A stretch of DNA of 27,891 nt from a virus (IMGVR_UViG_3300005662_000010:1-27891); one strand, 5' to 3'; shown: positions 1 to 8,229, counted from the stretch's first letter. The notes: generated by a model not told the origin, from the sequence alone. A program made the numbers and translations.

Positions 1-120
1 AAGGATGCCTACGAGTTGATGCTCAAGACGGTCATCCTGCCTTTCCAGGAAATCCTGCTCGACGGCATCCGACCCATTCTTTCCGCCGCAAACATCACGC
101 TGCCTTTGGAGTTCAAGAAA
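1..120. repeat. Terminal direct repeat, copy 1 (identical to 27772-27891); circular assembly overlap
   Basis: AAGGATGCCTACGAG...GAGTTCAAGAAA is identical at both ends, and the portal frame continues across the join. Confidence 0.95.
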
Positions 121-213
121 CTCATCCCCGCCGCCTTTATGGACGAGGAAAAAAAAACTTCAGTCGTTTCCAACCGGAGAGAATTTCAGATAGTCAAGCA
201 GAAGTGTGGTTAG
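1..213 (+). CDS. Portal protein, C-terminal part (continues from 26818 across the circular join)
   Basis: Frame 1, same frame as the ORF running off the right end; ends ...DEEKKTSVVSNRREFQIVKQKCG*. Confidence 0.85.
   Translation, partial: KDAYELMLKTVILPFQEILLDGIRPILSAANITLPLEFKKLIPAAFMDEEKKTSVVSNRREFQIVKQKCG
149..157 (+). other. Putative -1 slippage site (A9 run, GAA AAA AAA ACT) linking the portal to the downstream ORF
   Basis: The -1 frame reads KKNFSRFQPERISDSQAEV directly into ORF 204-809. Confidence 0.5.
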
Positions 214-809
214 ATTTCCTTGCGGACAAGGCCTCTCCGACACCTCCGGGATGGAGGCTGTTCCGCCGCGAGCGAGTGACCGAACCCTTGGTCGACCACA
301 GAATCAATAGCCGACGGTCTTTCAGCGACTCCGCGTCGACGCTCGAGTCCTACGACAACCACACCGAATTCAGCGACTGGGGCGACGTCATCAGTCCGGG
401 TGGATATTTCTTTGCTCTGCGCTATGCCTACAGCCAGTTCGACTCCACCGCCGTAAGCAAGACGGGAGTGAGCAGGGATTTCTGTCAGAACATGGTGGCC
501 CTCTCCGAGGAAGGTGTGCAGTACCGCTACGAGGACATCGCCGACATGAGCGCGGACGGAATCAACGGAGAGTTCGCCGCCAAGGGCGAAAGCACCTACG
601 ATATTTTTGAATGGAAAGGTGGCAAGAACTGCTACCACTGGTGGGACAGACTCATCTATATCTACGCTCCCGAAGGGGACGCAGGGGAGCCTTGGGAAGG
701 CGATATCCCTGCCGCCGACGAATGGGACGAGGTGATGATGCGCGTGGGCAACAACCCGTATGTCCCCCAGCCTGGAGTGGAAGGTATAGCACCAATTGAA
801 ATGCAATAA
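204..809 (+). CDS. MuF/minor head morphogenesis-like domain protein (possibly a frameshift extension of the portal)
   Basis: Immediately after the portal; motifs RYAY...SRDFC...YRYEDI and KGGKNCYHWW resemble the Cys/His motifs of MuF-like head proteins; GTG start only. Confidence 0.55.
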   Translation: MWLDFLADKASPTPPGWRLFRRERVTEPLVDHRINSRRSFSDSASTLESYDNHTEFSDWGDVISPGGYFFALRYAYSQFDSTAVSKTGVSRDFCQNMVALSEEGVQYRYEDIADMSADGINGEFAAKGESTYDIFEWKGGKNCYHWWDRLIYIYAPEGDAGEPWEGDIPAADEWDEVMMRVGNNPYVPQPGVEGIAPIEMQ

Positions 810-810
810 A

Positions 811-1374
811 ATGGCAACACTATATGTTTCGGCCGAGAAGGTCAAGAAGGACACCCTCCTCGGAAGCGCGGTGGATGAGAATATCATTCGCCCCGTGATT
901 GTGATGGTTCAGGCCAAAGAAATCCTGCCATACTTGGGTACCAAGTTGGACGCGGCCCTGAAGACCAAAATCCAAAACAACACGCTGACAGGCAACTACC
1001 AAACGCTCGTGGTGGACTACATCCAGCCTGCGTTGGTGCAGTTTGTCTTTGCGCAGATGGCCTACGTCCTGCGGGTGCGGTTCTCCAACAACGCGGTGAG
1101 CGTCCCCTCAAGCGAGCAGGGAAGCGCGGCCAGCCGAGAAGACATCAAGCCCGTAGTGGACACCGCCACGCACATCGCCGAGTTCTACCGCGAACAGATG
1201 ATTGACTATCTGCTGTACAACACAGCCAAGTTCCCCGAGTACAACACGAATACGGGGCCGGACATCGTGCCGACGGTCAGAAACTACTTCAGCGGCATCA
1301 ACGTGTATCCTCCGTACCCGTGGCCCAACAAAACGAAGGCGTTTGCATTGGGGGCTAACATCAAACTCTACTGA
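811..1374 (+). CDS. Probable head-tail adaptor/connector protein
   Basis: ATG at 811 after an A-rich leader; helical protein with YLGTKL...DYIQPALV...FPEY pattern typical of Bacteroidetes phage adaptors; follows the portal. Confidence 0.55.
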   Translation: MATLYVSAEKVKKDTLLGSAVDENIIRPVIVMVQAKEILPYLGTKLDAALKTKIQNNTLTGNYQTLVVDYIQPALVQFVFAQMAYVLRVRFSNNAVSVPSSEQGSAASREDIKPVVDTATHIAEFYREQMIDYLLYNTAKFPEYNTNTGPDIVPTVRNYFSGINVYPPYPWPNKTKAFALGANIKLY

Positions 1375-1376
1375 TT

Positions 1377-3065
1377 ATGGCCGAAAGTAAACTCACAGAC
1401 CAAACCACGCTCACTACCCCGGCCGACGGGGATTGGGCATATTTGGTAGATATATCCGACACAACTCATGGCGCGTTAGGAACGTCCAAGAAAATCACCG
1501 TCGCCAACCTGATGACCAAAGCCCCGGTGATAAGTGTCAACGGGGAGGTCGGCGCGGTGTCTTTGGACAGCACGGAAATCAAGCGGGTAGGCACGACCGG
1601 GGATTCGATTGACCAGGATTTGACGGCTGCGGAGAATAACATCAACGCTATCAAGGCCGTGTTGAAGTACCCAGTGGCGACCGTTACAGGATTGCAGGTG
1701 GATACGAGCAACAAGTTAGAAATCGATTCTACGAATCAAAAAGCGGTCTTTACGGTCAACGGAACGACAGCGGCAACCATCGGCCCGAGCCAATCGTTGT
1801 TTCCTGCTTTGAAGGTTGGCTCTACCTCAAACGATTACACCCTTCCCGTAGCGCGGGGGGTGACGGGGAACGTGGCTGTTTACGATGATGCCACCCACAC
1901 CTCGGAATGGCGGTCTTTGGCTACCGGTAATTTATCCGGAACCTCGGATGGCATCACCCAAGGAACGACTAACTTATTCCTTACCTCTGCCGAGCGCACC
2001 AAACTCACAAGCGTAACGTCAGGGGCGGCGGTTGCCTCGGTAAGTGGCACAGCCCCGATTGTAAGTAGCGGGGGAACCACCCCGGCCATCAGCATCACAG
2101 CGGCCACTACCCTTGCAGCGGGTTCGATGTCGGCATCGGATAAGAGCAAGTTGGATGGAATCACAGCGGGTGCTGCCGTGGCTTCAGTTACCGGAACTGC
2201 TCCTATCGTAAGCAGCGGAGGGACTACCCCAGCGATTAGCATCACGGCCGCAACCACATCGGCGGCAGGGTCTATGTCGTCGGCCGACAAAACAAAGTTA
2301 GATGGCATTGAGGCGGGTGCGCAGGTGAATCAAAATGCGTTCAGCAACTTTGCGGTAGCCACCCAAACCACGGTCGCAGCGGATACGGTCACGGATACAG
2401 TCACGTTTGCCGTAGCAGGTGGTATGACTATCACCACCAATGGCACTACCGACACGATTACGTTTGACAGCGCAAACCTGGATAACGACGATGTGACCCT
2501 GCAAGGCCCGCGTCTGATTGAGTTGAATGGTGAAAGTTTGACCATCTTCGATGGGGCCGGGAACGTAGCGGTATTCAATACCGACACCTCGCTGCTTCAC
2601 AATCTTGAGGTCAAAGATCAAAACATTGCAAATGGGTCAAACATTAAGTTGTACGAGGCGAGCAATAACGGAACGAATTATGTCACCCTTGGAGTAGATA
2701 GCACGCTTGCGTCTAATGTGACGTTTACGCTTCCTACGAGCAACGGAACAAACGGCCAGGTATTGCAAACCAACGGCAGCGGCATCCTTTCATACACCAC
2801 CAAAAAGGCCACCCAAGTAACCGGAAAGACCGTCCTTACAGGGGCGTGGTCTTTGGTGTCCGGAGTTTACGAGGCGAGCATTTCTGACGCGGCCATTCTC
2901 GCTACTTCCATTGTGGATGTAATTCCGAATAATGCGGATGCCAGCACAATTCGCACGGCTGGGTTGCTGCCTCGCACAGACAGCAGTTCGGGGGCGGTCA
3001 AGATTTACGCCACGAGCGCACCAGCAGCGACCATCACAGTGACCTTAAATATCTTTGACCTGTAA
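1377..3065 (+). CDS. Tail fibre / receptor-binding protein
   Basis: 562 aa, rich in T/S/G/A; N-terminal KLTD...LVDISD...SKKIT module; GSMSxxDKxKLDGI and GTNGQVLQTNGSG fibre motifs. Confidence 0.8.
   Translation: MAESKLTDQTTLTTPADGDWAYLVDISDTTHGALGTSKKITVANLMTKAPVISVNGEVGAVSLDSTEIKRVGTTGDSIDQDLTAAENNINAIKAVLKYPVATVTGLQVDTSNKLEIDSTNQKAVFTVNGTTAATIGPSQSLFPALKVGSTSNDYTLPVARGVTGNVAVYDDATHTSEWRSLATGNLSGTSDGITQGTTNLFLTSAERTKLTSVTSGAAVASVSGTAPIVSSGGTTPAISITAATTLAAGSMSASDKSKLDGITAGAAVASVTGTAPIVSSGGTTPAISITAATTSAAGSMSSADKTKLDGIEAGAQVNQNAFSNFAVATQTTVAADTVTDTVTFAVAGGMTITTNGTTDTITFDSANLDNDDVTLQGPRLIELNGESLTIFDGAGNVAVFNTDTSLLHNLEVKDQNIANGSNIKLYEASNNGTNYVTLGVDSTLASNVTFTLPTSNGTNGQVLQTNGSGILSYTTKKATQVTGKTVLTGAWSLVSGVYEASISDAAILATSIVDVIPNNADASTIRTAGLLPRTDSSSGAVKIYATSAPAATITVTLNIFDL
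2022..2315 (+). repeat. Two tandem 147-bp (49-aa) intragenic repeats in the tail fibre
   Basis: GAAVASV(S/T)GTAPIVSSGGTTPAISITAATT(L/S)AAGSMS..DK.KLDGI occurs twice, starting at about 2022 and 2169. Confidence 0.9.
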
Positions 3066-4030
3066 TGGCAGTAGGAAAATTTGCGGTTCCGGCATCGGCC
3101 ACAGGTGGCGGCGGAACACTTACACGCACGCTACGGCAATACACCGCAGGTGATACGTGGACGAAGCCATCGGGCTTAATTATGGTGGAGGTAGTGTGCG
3201 TAGGAGGCGGAGGTGGTGGCGGTTCGGGAGGCACTTCGGCCGCAGGTGTCGCGGCGCGTGGAGGCGGCGGCGGCGGCGGAGCGTGCGCTACATGGGCTAA
3301 TTTATTGGCATCCTCTTTAGGGGCAACGGAAACCATTACCATCGGAGCAGGAGGCACAGGAGGCACGGGTTTATCCGGTTCCAATGCGTTAGGAGGCACA
3401 GGAGGCAATGGTGGTGATACAACCTTTGGGGCGCACGTGTTAGGAAAAGGTGGGAATGGGTCGCGTAACAACGGCCAAGGTGCAGCGGCATTGGCTTTGA
3501 GCACAACCAATTCTACCCCGGATTGGGCTTTTTCATTTATTGTTGGAGGCAACGGAAAGGATAGCGCGTCAGGAGGTACTTCGGGGCAGAACGGGGCTAC
3601 ACAAGCCCTCGATTCGACCTCTGAAAACATTGCCGTGAATCCAGGCGCACCTCCGGGAGGTGGGGTGAACTCATCGAACGCAGGGTCTAACGGAGCCAAT
3701 GGCACAAGAGTTTACAACTGGTCGGGGGTTGCAGCGAGTGCGGCGGGCGCAGGAACGCAACCGGGTGGAAACGGAAACACAGGGGCATCTAATGCGGGAA
3801 ATCGTATGACACACTCCCCCATAATTATGCTTTCGTCTCCGACCATTTCCATCGGCTGTTCCGGTTCATCAGGGGCAGGCCACCCTACAGGCAACGGAGG
3901 AAACGGAGGAGCGGGCGGTAACTATGGCGCACCGGGAGGTGGCGGAGGTGGAACGCGTAATGGATTTACGAGCGGTTCAGGGGGCAACGGTTCGGGCGGA
4001 TTTTGTTTGGTACTTGAATACACAATCTGA
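3065..4030 (+). CDS. Glycine-rich tail fibre-associated protein
   Basis: TWTKPSG...VEVVCVGGGGGGG...TITIGAGG and C-terminal GGNGSGGFCLVLEY pattern of phage Gly-rich domains. Confidence 0.75.
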   Translation: MAVGKFAVPASATGGGGTLTRTLRQYTAGDTWTKPSGLIMVEVVCVGGGGGGGSGGTSAAGVAARGGGGGGGACATWANLLASSLGATETITIGAGGTGGTGLSGSNALGGTGGNGGDTTFGAHVLGKGGNGSRNNGQGAAALALSTTNSTPDWAFSFIVGGNGKDSASGGTSGQNGATQALDSTSENIAVNPGAPPGGGVNSSNAGSNGANGTRVYNWSGVAASAAGAGTQPGGNGNTGASNAGNRMTHSPIIMLSSPTISIGCSGSSGAGHPTGNGGNGGAGGNYGAPGGGGGGTRNGFTSGSGGNGSGGFCLVLEYTI

Positions 4031-4242
4031 TGATTTACGCAATTATGAAAGACGGATACGTCATCAACCGCATCCTTGCGGATGAGACACCCACGTATCC
4101 ATTTCCCCACGACTACATCTACGAGGACGTGGAAGGCATTACATACATTGGCGATTGGTACGAGGAAGCCGAGGGGCTGTTTTACCGACCTGTAAACGGA
4201 GTTCCCCCGGACGTACCCACAGAACTTTTGCCCAATGGCTAA
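4030..4242 (+). CDS. Small tail-fibre partner/assembly-like protein
   Basis: YAIMKDGYVINRI...IGDWY...FYRP pattern, often seen after Gly-rich tail genes; TGATG coupling. Confidence 0.55.
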   Translation: MIYAIMKDGYVINRILADETPTYPFPHDYIYEDVEGITYIGDWYEEAEGLFYRPVNGVPPDVPTELLPNG

Positions 4243-4369
4243 AGCACAGAAAATCGTACAGCGGTTTGAGCGGACGGTATCCCGGCCGGGTGTACACGCG
4301 AAAACGAAACAATCGCAACTGAAGAGCAGCAAGAATTACGTCAAACCATATCGCGGCCAAGGGAAGTGA
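4235..4369 (+). CDS. Small basic protein (44 aa, ...RPGVHAKTKQSQLKSSKNYVKPYRGQGK)
   Basis: Below the ORF-track cutoff; fills the gap and overlaps both neighbours; YRGQG C-terminus is a pattern I recall from aquatic phages. Confidence 0.65.
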   Translation: MAKAQKIVQRFERTVSRPGVHAKTKQSQLKSSKNYVKPYRGQGK

Positions 4370-4581
4370 ACTACGAAATCATCGCGATTGCCTTAACCGG
4401 AATCACTCTGATTGGGTCAATCATCAAAATGTGGATGTCTATGAACGAGGAACTGACGAAGGTTAAAGGCCGAATCATTGCCTTGGAAAAAACCGAGACG
4501 GAGGTGCTGCGGTTTATGGAAAAGGTGCAGGACACACTCACCCGGATGGACAAACTCTTATCCAAACACGGAATCGAATGA
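4366..4581 (+). CDS. Holin-like membrane protein (N-terminal TM helix plus coiled coil)
   Basis: Hydrophobic IIAIALTGITLIGSII; directly upstream of the endolysin. Confidence 0.55.
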   Translation: MNYEIIAIALTGITLIGSIIKMWMSMNEELTKVKGRIIALEKTETEVLRFMEKVQDTLTRMDKLLSKHGIE

Positions 4582-4985
4582 GACGCATCAACCGAATCAT
4601 CCTGCACTGCTCCGCGACCGAGGCAGGCATCAACCACGATGTAGATGACGTGCGGCGGTGGCACAAAGACCGAGGCTGGGCGGACGTGGGCTACCACTTT
4701 GTCATCACGCTCGACGGGAAGGTGCAAATGGGCCGTTCGTGGGAAGACATCGGTTCGCACACGAAAGGGCACAACAACGACTCCCTTGGCGTGTGCTATA
4801 TCGGTGGAATGAAAGATGGCCGTCCAAAGGACACCGTCACCCCTGAACAAGATAAAAGTATCCGCAACCTCATCGCGGCACTTCGTACTATCTTCGGACC
4901 GTTGAAGTTGCACGGGCACAACGAGTTTGCGAACAAGGCGTGCCCCAGTTTTAAAGTGAACGAGAAATACCCTGAACTATGTTAG
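4578..4985 (+). CDS. Endolysin, N-acetylmuramoyl-L-alanine amidase (T7 lysozyme-like, Amidase_2)
   Basis: IILHCSAT, WH..RGWADVGYHFVI, GVCYIGG, GHNEFANKACPSF zinc-amidase motifs. Confidence 0.93.
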   Translation: MRRINRIILHCSATEAGINHDVDDVRRWHKDRGWADVGYHFVITLDGKVQMGRSWEDIGSHTKGHNNDSLGVCYIGGMKDGRPKDTVTPEQDKSIRNLIAALRTIFGPLKLHGHNEFANKACPSFKVNEKYPELC

Positions 4986-5233
4986 ACGCAGACGTCATCC
5001 GAGATTTAGAGAAGAGCGGTGCCGAGGGCATGGCCGACTGGTCAAATGTCTTTAGCGGCACTGCCTTAAACACGTGGGAGGATGCGATGAACGCCATCCT
5101 CAATGAAGACCTCGAGACCGCGCAGGAGGCTTTGGAAGACCTCCAAGGGCTGGTGAACCCACGCGATGCCGAGGCCTACTCTGTGGCCCGTGGCGCACTC
5201 ACGTGGTTCGAACGCATGATGGAGAACTACTGA
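4979..5233 (+). CDS. Hypothetical acidic helical protein within the lysis cassette
   Basis: 84 aa; about 18 D/E versus 5 K/R by hand count; overlaps both neighbours. Confidence 0.7.
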   Translation: MLDADVIRDLEKSGAEGMADWSNVFSGTALNTWEDAMNAILNEDLETAQEALEDLQGLVNPRDAEAYSVARGALTWFERMMENY

Positions 5234-5388
5234 TGGAATGGCTGTATCAGAACTGGGCGGAACTCCTGCTGGCGGTCATCGCTTTCGCAGGAACCGTGAC
5301 CGCGCTGACGGAGACCAAAAAGGACGACCAAATCCTGGACATCCTCAAGCGCATTCTGTCCGCGATTTTGTTGGGCAAGTCCAAGTGA
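5233..5388 (+). CDS. Small membrane protein, holin-like
   Basis: MEWLYQNWAELLLAVIAFAGTVTALTETKKDD; TGATG coupling. Confidence 0.6.
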   Translation: MEWLYQNWAELLLAVIAFAGTVTALTETKKDDQILDILKRILSAILLGKSK

Positions 5389-5600
5389 ACCCTTTGTGGG
5401 GTCTGCTGTCCAAGTTAGACCTCACGGAGATTTTTAAGACCAAGGGAGACCTCAAGCGGTGGTCGGCCAAGCGCACCATCGGTGGCGTGGTGGTCTTGAC
5501 AGCGTGCAATGACATCGTAGCCCACGGCATCAGTTGGCCGGGAGTGGTGATGTGCGCTGTTGGATTGACCCCTTTGTGTCTTTCCTTTATGGAAGAATAG
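5385..5600 (+). CDS. Small membrane protein (two hydrophobic segments), lysis-associated
   Basis: GTGA overlap start; KRWSAKRTIGGVVVL...GVVMCAVGLTPLCLSF. Confidence 0.55.
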   Translation: MNPLWGLLSKLDLTEIFKTKGDLKRWSAKRTIGGVVVLTACNDIVAHGISWPGVVMCAVGLTPLCLSFMEE

Positions 5601-5616
5601 TTCCGATTTGTTGTTT

Positions 5617-5654
5617 GACGGGGGCGTGTCCTAACGAGGGCGGCCCCCTCTTTT
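5617..5654 (+). terminator. Intrinsic terminator at the end of the structural/lysis operon
   Basis: GGGGGC...GCCCCC stem followed by TCTTTT. Confidence 0.7.
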
Positions 5655-5702
5655 GTGGATAAAAATTAGGGAACAGGTAGCAATCTTTCAGTTGGAAGTG
5701 CG

Positions 5703-5710
5703 TACGTTTG
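5703..5710 (+). promoter_or_regulatory. Bacteroidetes sigmaA -7 element (TACGTTTG)
   Basis: Exact TAnnTTTG between the terminator and the SSB gene; -33 box not clear. Confidence 0.6.
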
Positions 5711-5730
5711 CAATGTTAAACAACGCACGA

Positions 5731-6150
5731 ATGAAAAAGATTCAGTTGATTCAGGGAGCGGGAACCTTCGACTCGCAGTACGGAACCTTGTACAAGTTCG
5801 AGTACCAATTCGAAGACAACACGTGGTTGGTGGCCAACCACAAAGAACCGAAGAGTCCGTTCAAGCCAGGCGACATGGTGGAGATAGAGGTGACTCGGGA
5901 GTTCAACGGAGTGCCCCACGGCAAGGTAAAAAAGCCTGAACAGGCACGGCCCCAGTCCGGAGGGCGGGAGCAGGTCATCGAACGCCAGTGGGCGATTAAC
6001 GCGGCCATCCAATTCCTCAAGAATAACGACCCGGACTATTGTCCGATGCCGCACACGCTCGACAACGTGAAAAACCTGGCTATTGAACTCAGCAAAATTC
6101 GCGACCAATGGGAGACCTATCAAGCACCCACCCAAAGTCCCCCATTTTGA
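5731..6150 (+). CDS. Probable ssDNA-binding (OB-fold) protein
   Basis: Beta-rich N-terminus (YKFEYQFED...FKPGDMVEIEV); C-terminal PF; first gene of the replication module. Confidence 0.55.
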   Translation: MKKIQLIQGAGTFDSQYGTLYKFEYQFEDNTWLVANHKEPKSPFKPGDMVEIEVTREFNGVPHGKVKKPEQARPQSGGREQVIERQWAINAAIQFLKNNDPDYCPMPHTLDNVKNLAIELSKIRDQWETYQAPTQSPPF

Positions 6151-6434
6151 CGTTGCGTTCGTTCTTGCGAGCGCACTGGGGTGAAATCCAAATCGCAGAG
6201 GAGTGGTTTGGCAAAACGCGGAAGACGTTTAATCGGTGGCTTGCGGACGACCCTCGGAAGTTTTTAACCATACTTCCGGAGTTGTGTGCGGCCACCGACA
6301 CCCCGCCAAGCGTAGTGATGGACATGATTCTTCAAACAACAAACGAGGTCGACTATGTCAAACGAATACAAGGTGTTCAAGGGGATTTGGATTCCCCGGC
6401 AAATCATCAACCACCCCTCCTTGACAGCCATTGA
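6147..6434 (+). CDS. Hypothetical protein, possible HTH DNA-binding protein
   Basis: TTGA overlap start; AEEWFGKTRKTFNRWL resembles an HTH. Confidence 0.5.
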   Translation: MTLRSFLRAHWGEIQIAEEWFGKTRKTFNRWLADDPRKFLTILPELCAATDTPPSVVMDMILQTTNEVDYVKRIQGVQGDLDSPANHQPPLLDSH

Positions 6435-7020
6435 CAAGATGCTGTGGGCGGACATCGATTCCGTGTCGGGAGAGAACCGTGGATGGGTAAAGATGAACAA
6501 GACCGTCGCCGACGAATTTGGCGTGAGCGAGCGGTCAATCACGAGGGCCATCTCGAAGTTGAAAGAGGCGGGTTTGGTGAAGCAGGCGGATTGGAACCGT
6601 CGCGTCCTGACCACGCACGGGGTGGACTATTTGTCGATGGGGGTAGACAAATTGGCGAGGGAGGGTAGACAAATTGGCGAGGCAAGGGTCGCCAAATTGT
6701 CCACTATAGATAACAATATAGAGAATACACTTGAGAAAACAAAGGAGAGTGAAATTCAGATGGGACAGGTTTTGGCGGAAGCGTGGGCGGAGTGGCTTGC
6801 AGACAAAAAAGAGAGGAAGGAATCCTACACTGGGCGGGGAGCCCGCGCTGCTTTCACCCGCTTGATGAACCTCGCCAAAGGCAACGAAAGCGTGGCTGTT
6901 CAAATCATTCATCAATCTTTGGCTAACTCTTGGAAAGGCTTTTTTCCCCTGAAACATGACAAAGGATACCAACCTACAGTTACGGCCGACGGCCTCCACG
7001 ACTTCATTGCTGAAGGGTGA
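6355..7020 (+). CDS. Replication initiator protein (N-terminal winged HTH, lambda O-like organisation)
   Basis: FKGIWIP...LTAIDKML...VADEFGVSERSITRAISKLKEAGLV; internal iterons; C-terminal IIHQSLANSWKGFF. Confidence 0.8.
   Translation: MSNEYKVFKGIWIPRQIINHPSLTAIDKMLWADIDSVSGENRGWVKMNKTVADEFGVSERSITRAISKLKEAGLVKQADWNRRVLTTHGVDYLSMGVDKLAREGRQIGEARVAKLSTIDNNIENTLEKTKESEIQMGQVLAEAWAEWLADKKERKESYTGRGARAAFTRLMNLAKGNESVAVQIIHQSLANSWKGFFPLKHDKGYQPTVTADGLHDFIAEG
6620..6730. repeat. Putative replication origin: four iterons plus an AT-rich tract
   Basis: Exact GGGTAGACAAATTGGCGAGG at 6641 and 6663; degenerate copies at 6620 and 6686; followed by ACTATAGATAACAATATA. Confidence 0.7.
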
Positions 7021-7534
7021 GCCCGTCAAACTCACGCCTGCCCTGGCTTGGCAGGGTGGAACGAATCTCCAACGTGCGGCCAAGGAGATGCCCAACGAAA
7101 CGCGGGCATGGCTTGTCGCCGAGGTAGGGAGACTTTGCAGGGACGTAGACGCCAACAAAACGCTCACGACGAACGATGACTTCATCTTCACCTGCCGAGC
7201 CATCCTCGAGGAGTTTCCGGCCATCAAGTTGGAGGAGGTGCGCGTGGCCTTTGACATGATTCGCAAGGGCCAACTCATCAAGATGTACGAGCGACTGAAG
7301 ACCGCCGAAATCTTGGAAGCCTTGCGAACCTACGAAGGCAACATCCGCACGGAGATTTTGGAGACCCAGCACAAGGAGACCTTCGAGGCGACGGGGCCGC
7401 TTCAGCCCCTTGGGTTGAGTCAGTTGGCCGCCACGCTGAAAGACGAACGCCGACCCTTCGTGGGGAGCGGAACCCGCCTCAGAGAATACTGGGAAAAAAA
7501 TCCAACCTCAAGTTTGGATATTGGGGAACAGTAG
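6956..7534 (+). CDS. Hypothetical replication-associated protein (helicase-loader position)
   Basis: Follows the initiator; ILEEFPAIKLEEVRVAFDMIRKG helical pattern. Confidence 0.55.
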   Translation: MTKDTNLQLRPTASTTSLLKGEPVKLTPALAWQGGTNLQRAAKEMPNETRAWLVAEVGRLCRDVDANKTLTTNDDFIFTCRAILEEFPAIKLEEVRVAFDMIRKGQLIKMYERLKTAEILEALRTYEGNIRTEILETQHKETFEATGPLQPLGLSQLAATLKDERRPFVGSGTRLREYWEKNPTSSLDIGEQ

Positions 7535-7543
7535 TTAGCTTTG
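7513..7543 (+). promoter_or_regulatory. Bacteroidetes sigmaA promoter (TTTG-N19-TAGCTTTG)
   Basis: Consensus -33 and -7 boxes with canonical spacing; A-rich leader before ATG 7573. Confidence 0.8.
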
Positions 7544-7572
7544 GGTCATCAAACCACAAACAACAAAGAGCA

Positions 7573-7782
7573 ATGGAACTGACCTACGAAACCTGCCTCG
7601 CCGCCGCCGCCTACTACGAGAGCCGGGGATTTGTCACCGAGATTTTTTTGGAACCGTTGGACGGTCACAAACTCGGTCTTGAATTTAAAGACCCCCAGGG
7701 CAACATGATTTTTGTTTGGGTGGATTCCTACGGAACCCAAGCCGCCGCCGCCGCATACACTCAACAATCCAAAGCACAATGA
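7573..7782 (+). CDS. Hypothetical protein
   Basis: First ORF after the promoter; A-rich initiation region. Confidence 0.7.
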   Translation: MELTYETCLAAAAYYESRGFVTEIFLEPLDGHKLGLEFKDPQGNMIFVWVDSYGTQAAAAAYTQQSKAQ

Positions 7783-7991
7783 TTCCGCGCTACGAGAACG
7801 TCCAACGAGCGATACGCCTTTTCCATGCGGATGGGCGGTCGCCACAGCAAATCACGAACCTGCTGAAGCAAACCATCTCCGCCGACGAAGACACGGGCAC
7901 GATGGTGGTGTGGGACGATGTCTTTGGCGAGATGGCCGTACTGATTGAAAACCTGGTTAACATCACAATCGAAGATGAGAAGACACGATGA
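7779..7991 (+). CDS. Hypothetical protein
   Basis: ATGA overlap with the previous stop; MIPRYENVQRAIRLFH... Confidence 0.65.
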   Translation: MIPRYENVQRAIRLFHADGRSPQQITNLLKQTISADEDTGTMVVWDDVFGEMAVLIENLVNITIEDEKTR

Positions 7992-8229
7992 CCACGAGAT
8001 GGGGGCGGCCCAAGCAACGGGCAACCTCTACTGGAACGACGATTTTACGTGGCTGAACGAGGGCACGTGGAACAAGCCAGCAACACGCGACTGGCTCCGG
8101 GAGCGGGGCTACGTGTACGTAGGCATCTGCGACCATTACATCTACGGCCGCGAGCGCGAGTTTGCTGCCAAGTGTATGAGACCCATTGATGCCGTAAGTG
8201 GCTGCAACTTTATCATCGAGGAACTATGA
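7975..8229 (+). CDS. Hypothetical protein
   Basis: Coupled to neighbours; start could be 7975 or 7999. Confidence 0.6.
   Translation: MRRHDDHEMGAAQATGNLYWNDDFTWLNEGTWNKPATRDWLRERGYVYVGICDHYIYGREREFAAKCMRPIDAVSGCNFIIEEL

Noticed and set aside
2022-2315. Tail-fibre repeat pair as DGR template and variable repeats
   Set aside because: No reverse transcriptase; the differences are mostly synonymous and not adenine-specific.
6620-6702. Short spaced repeats as a mini-CRISPR array
   Set aside because: Spacers are only 1-3 bp, the repeats lie within a coding gene, and no cas genes are present; they fit iterons.
7491-7500. GGGAAAAAAA slippery-looking run whose -1 frame is open into ORF 7573
   Set aside because: The intervening DNA is a consensus promoter with an A-rich leader, so ORF 7573 is better explained as independently expressed.
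7597-7760. Two GCC runs encoding AAAAY in the 69-aa ORF
   Set aside because: Low-complexity poly-Ala codons; nothing supports a function.
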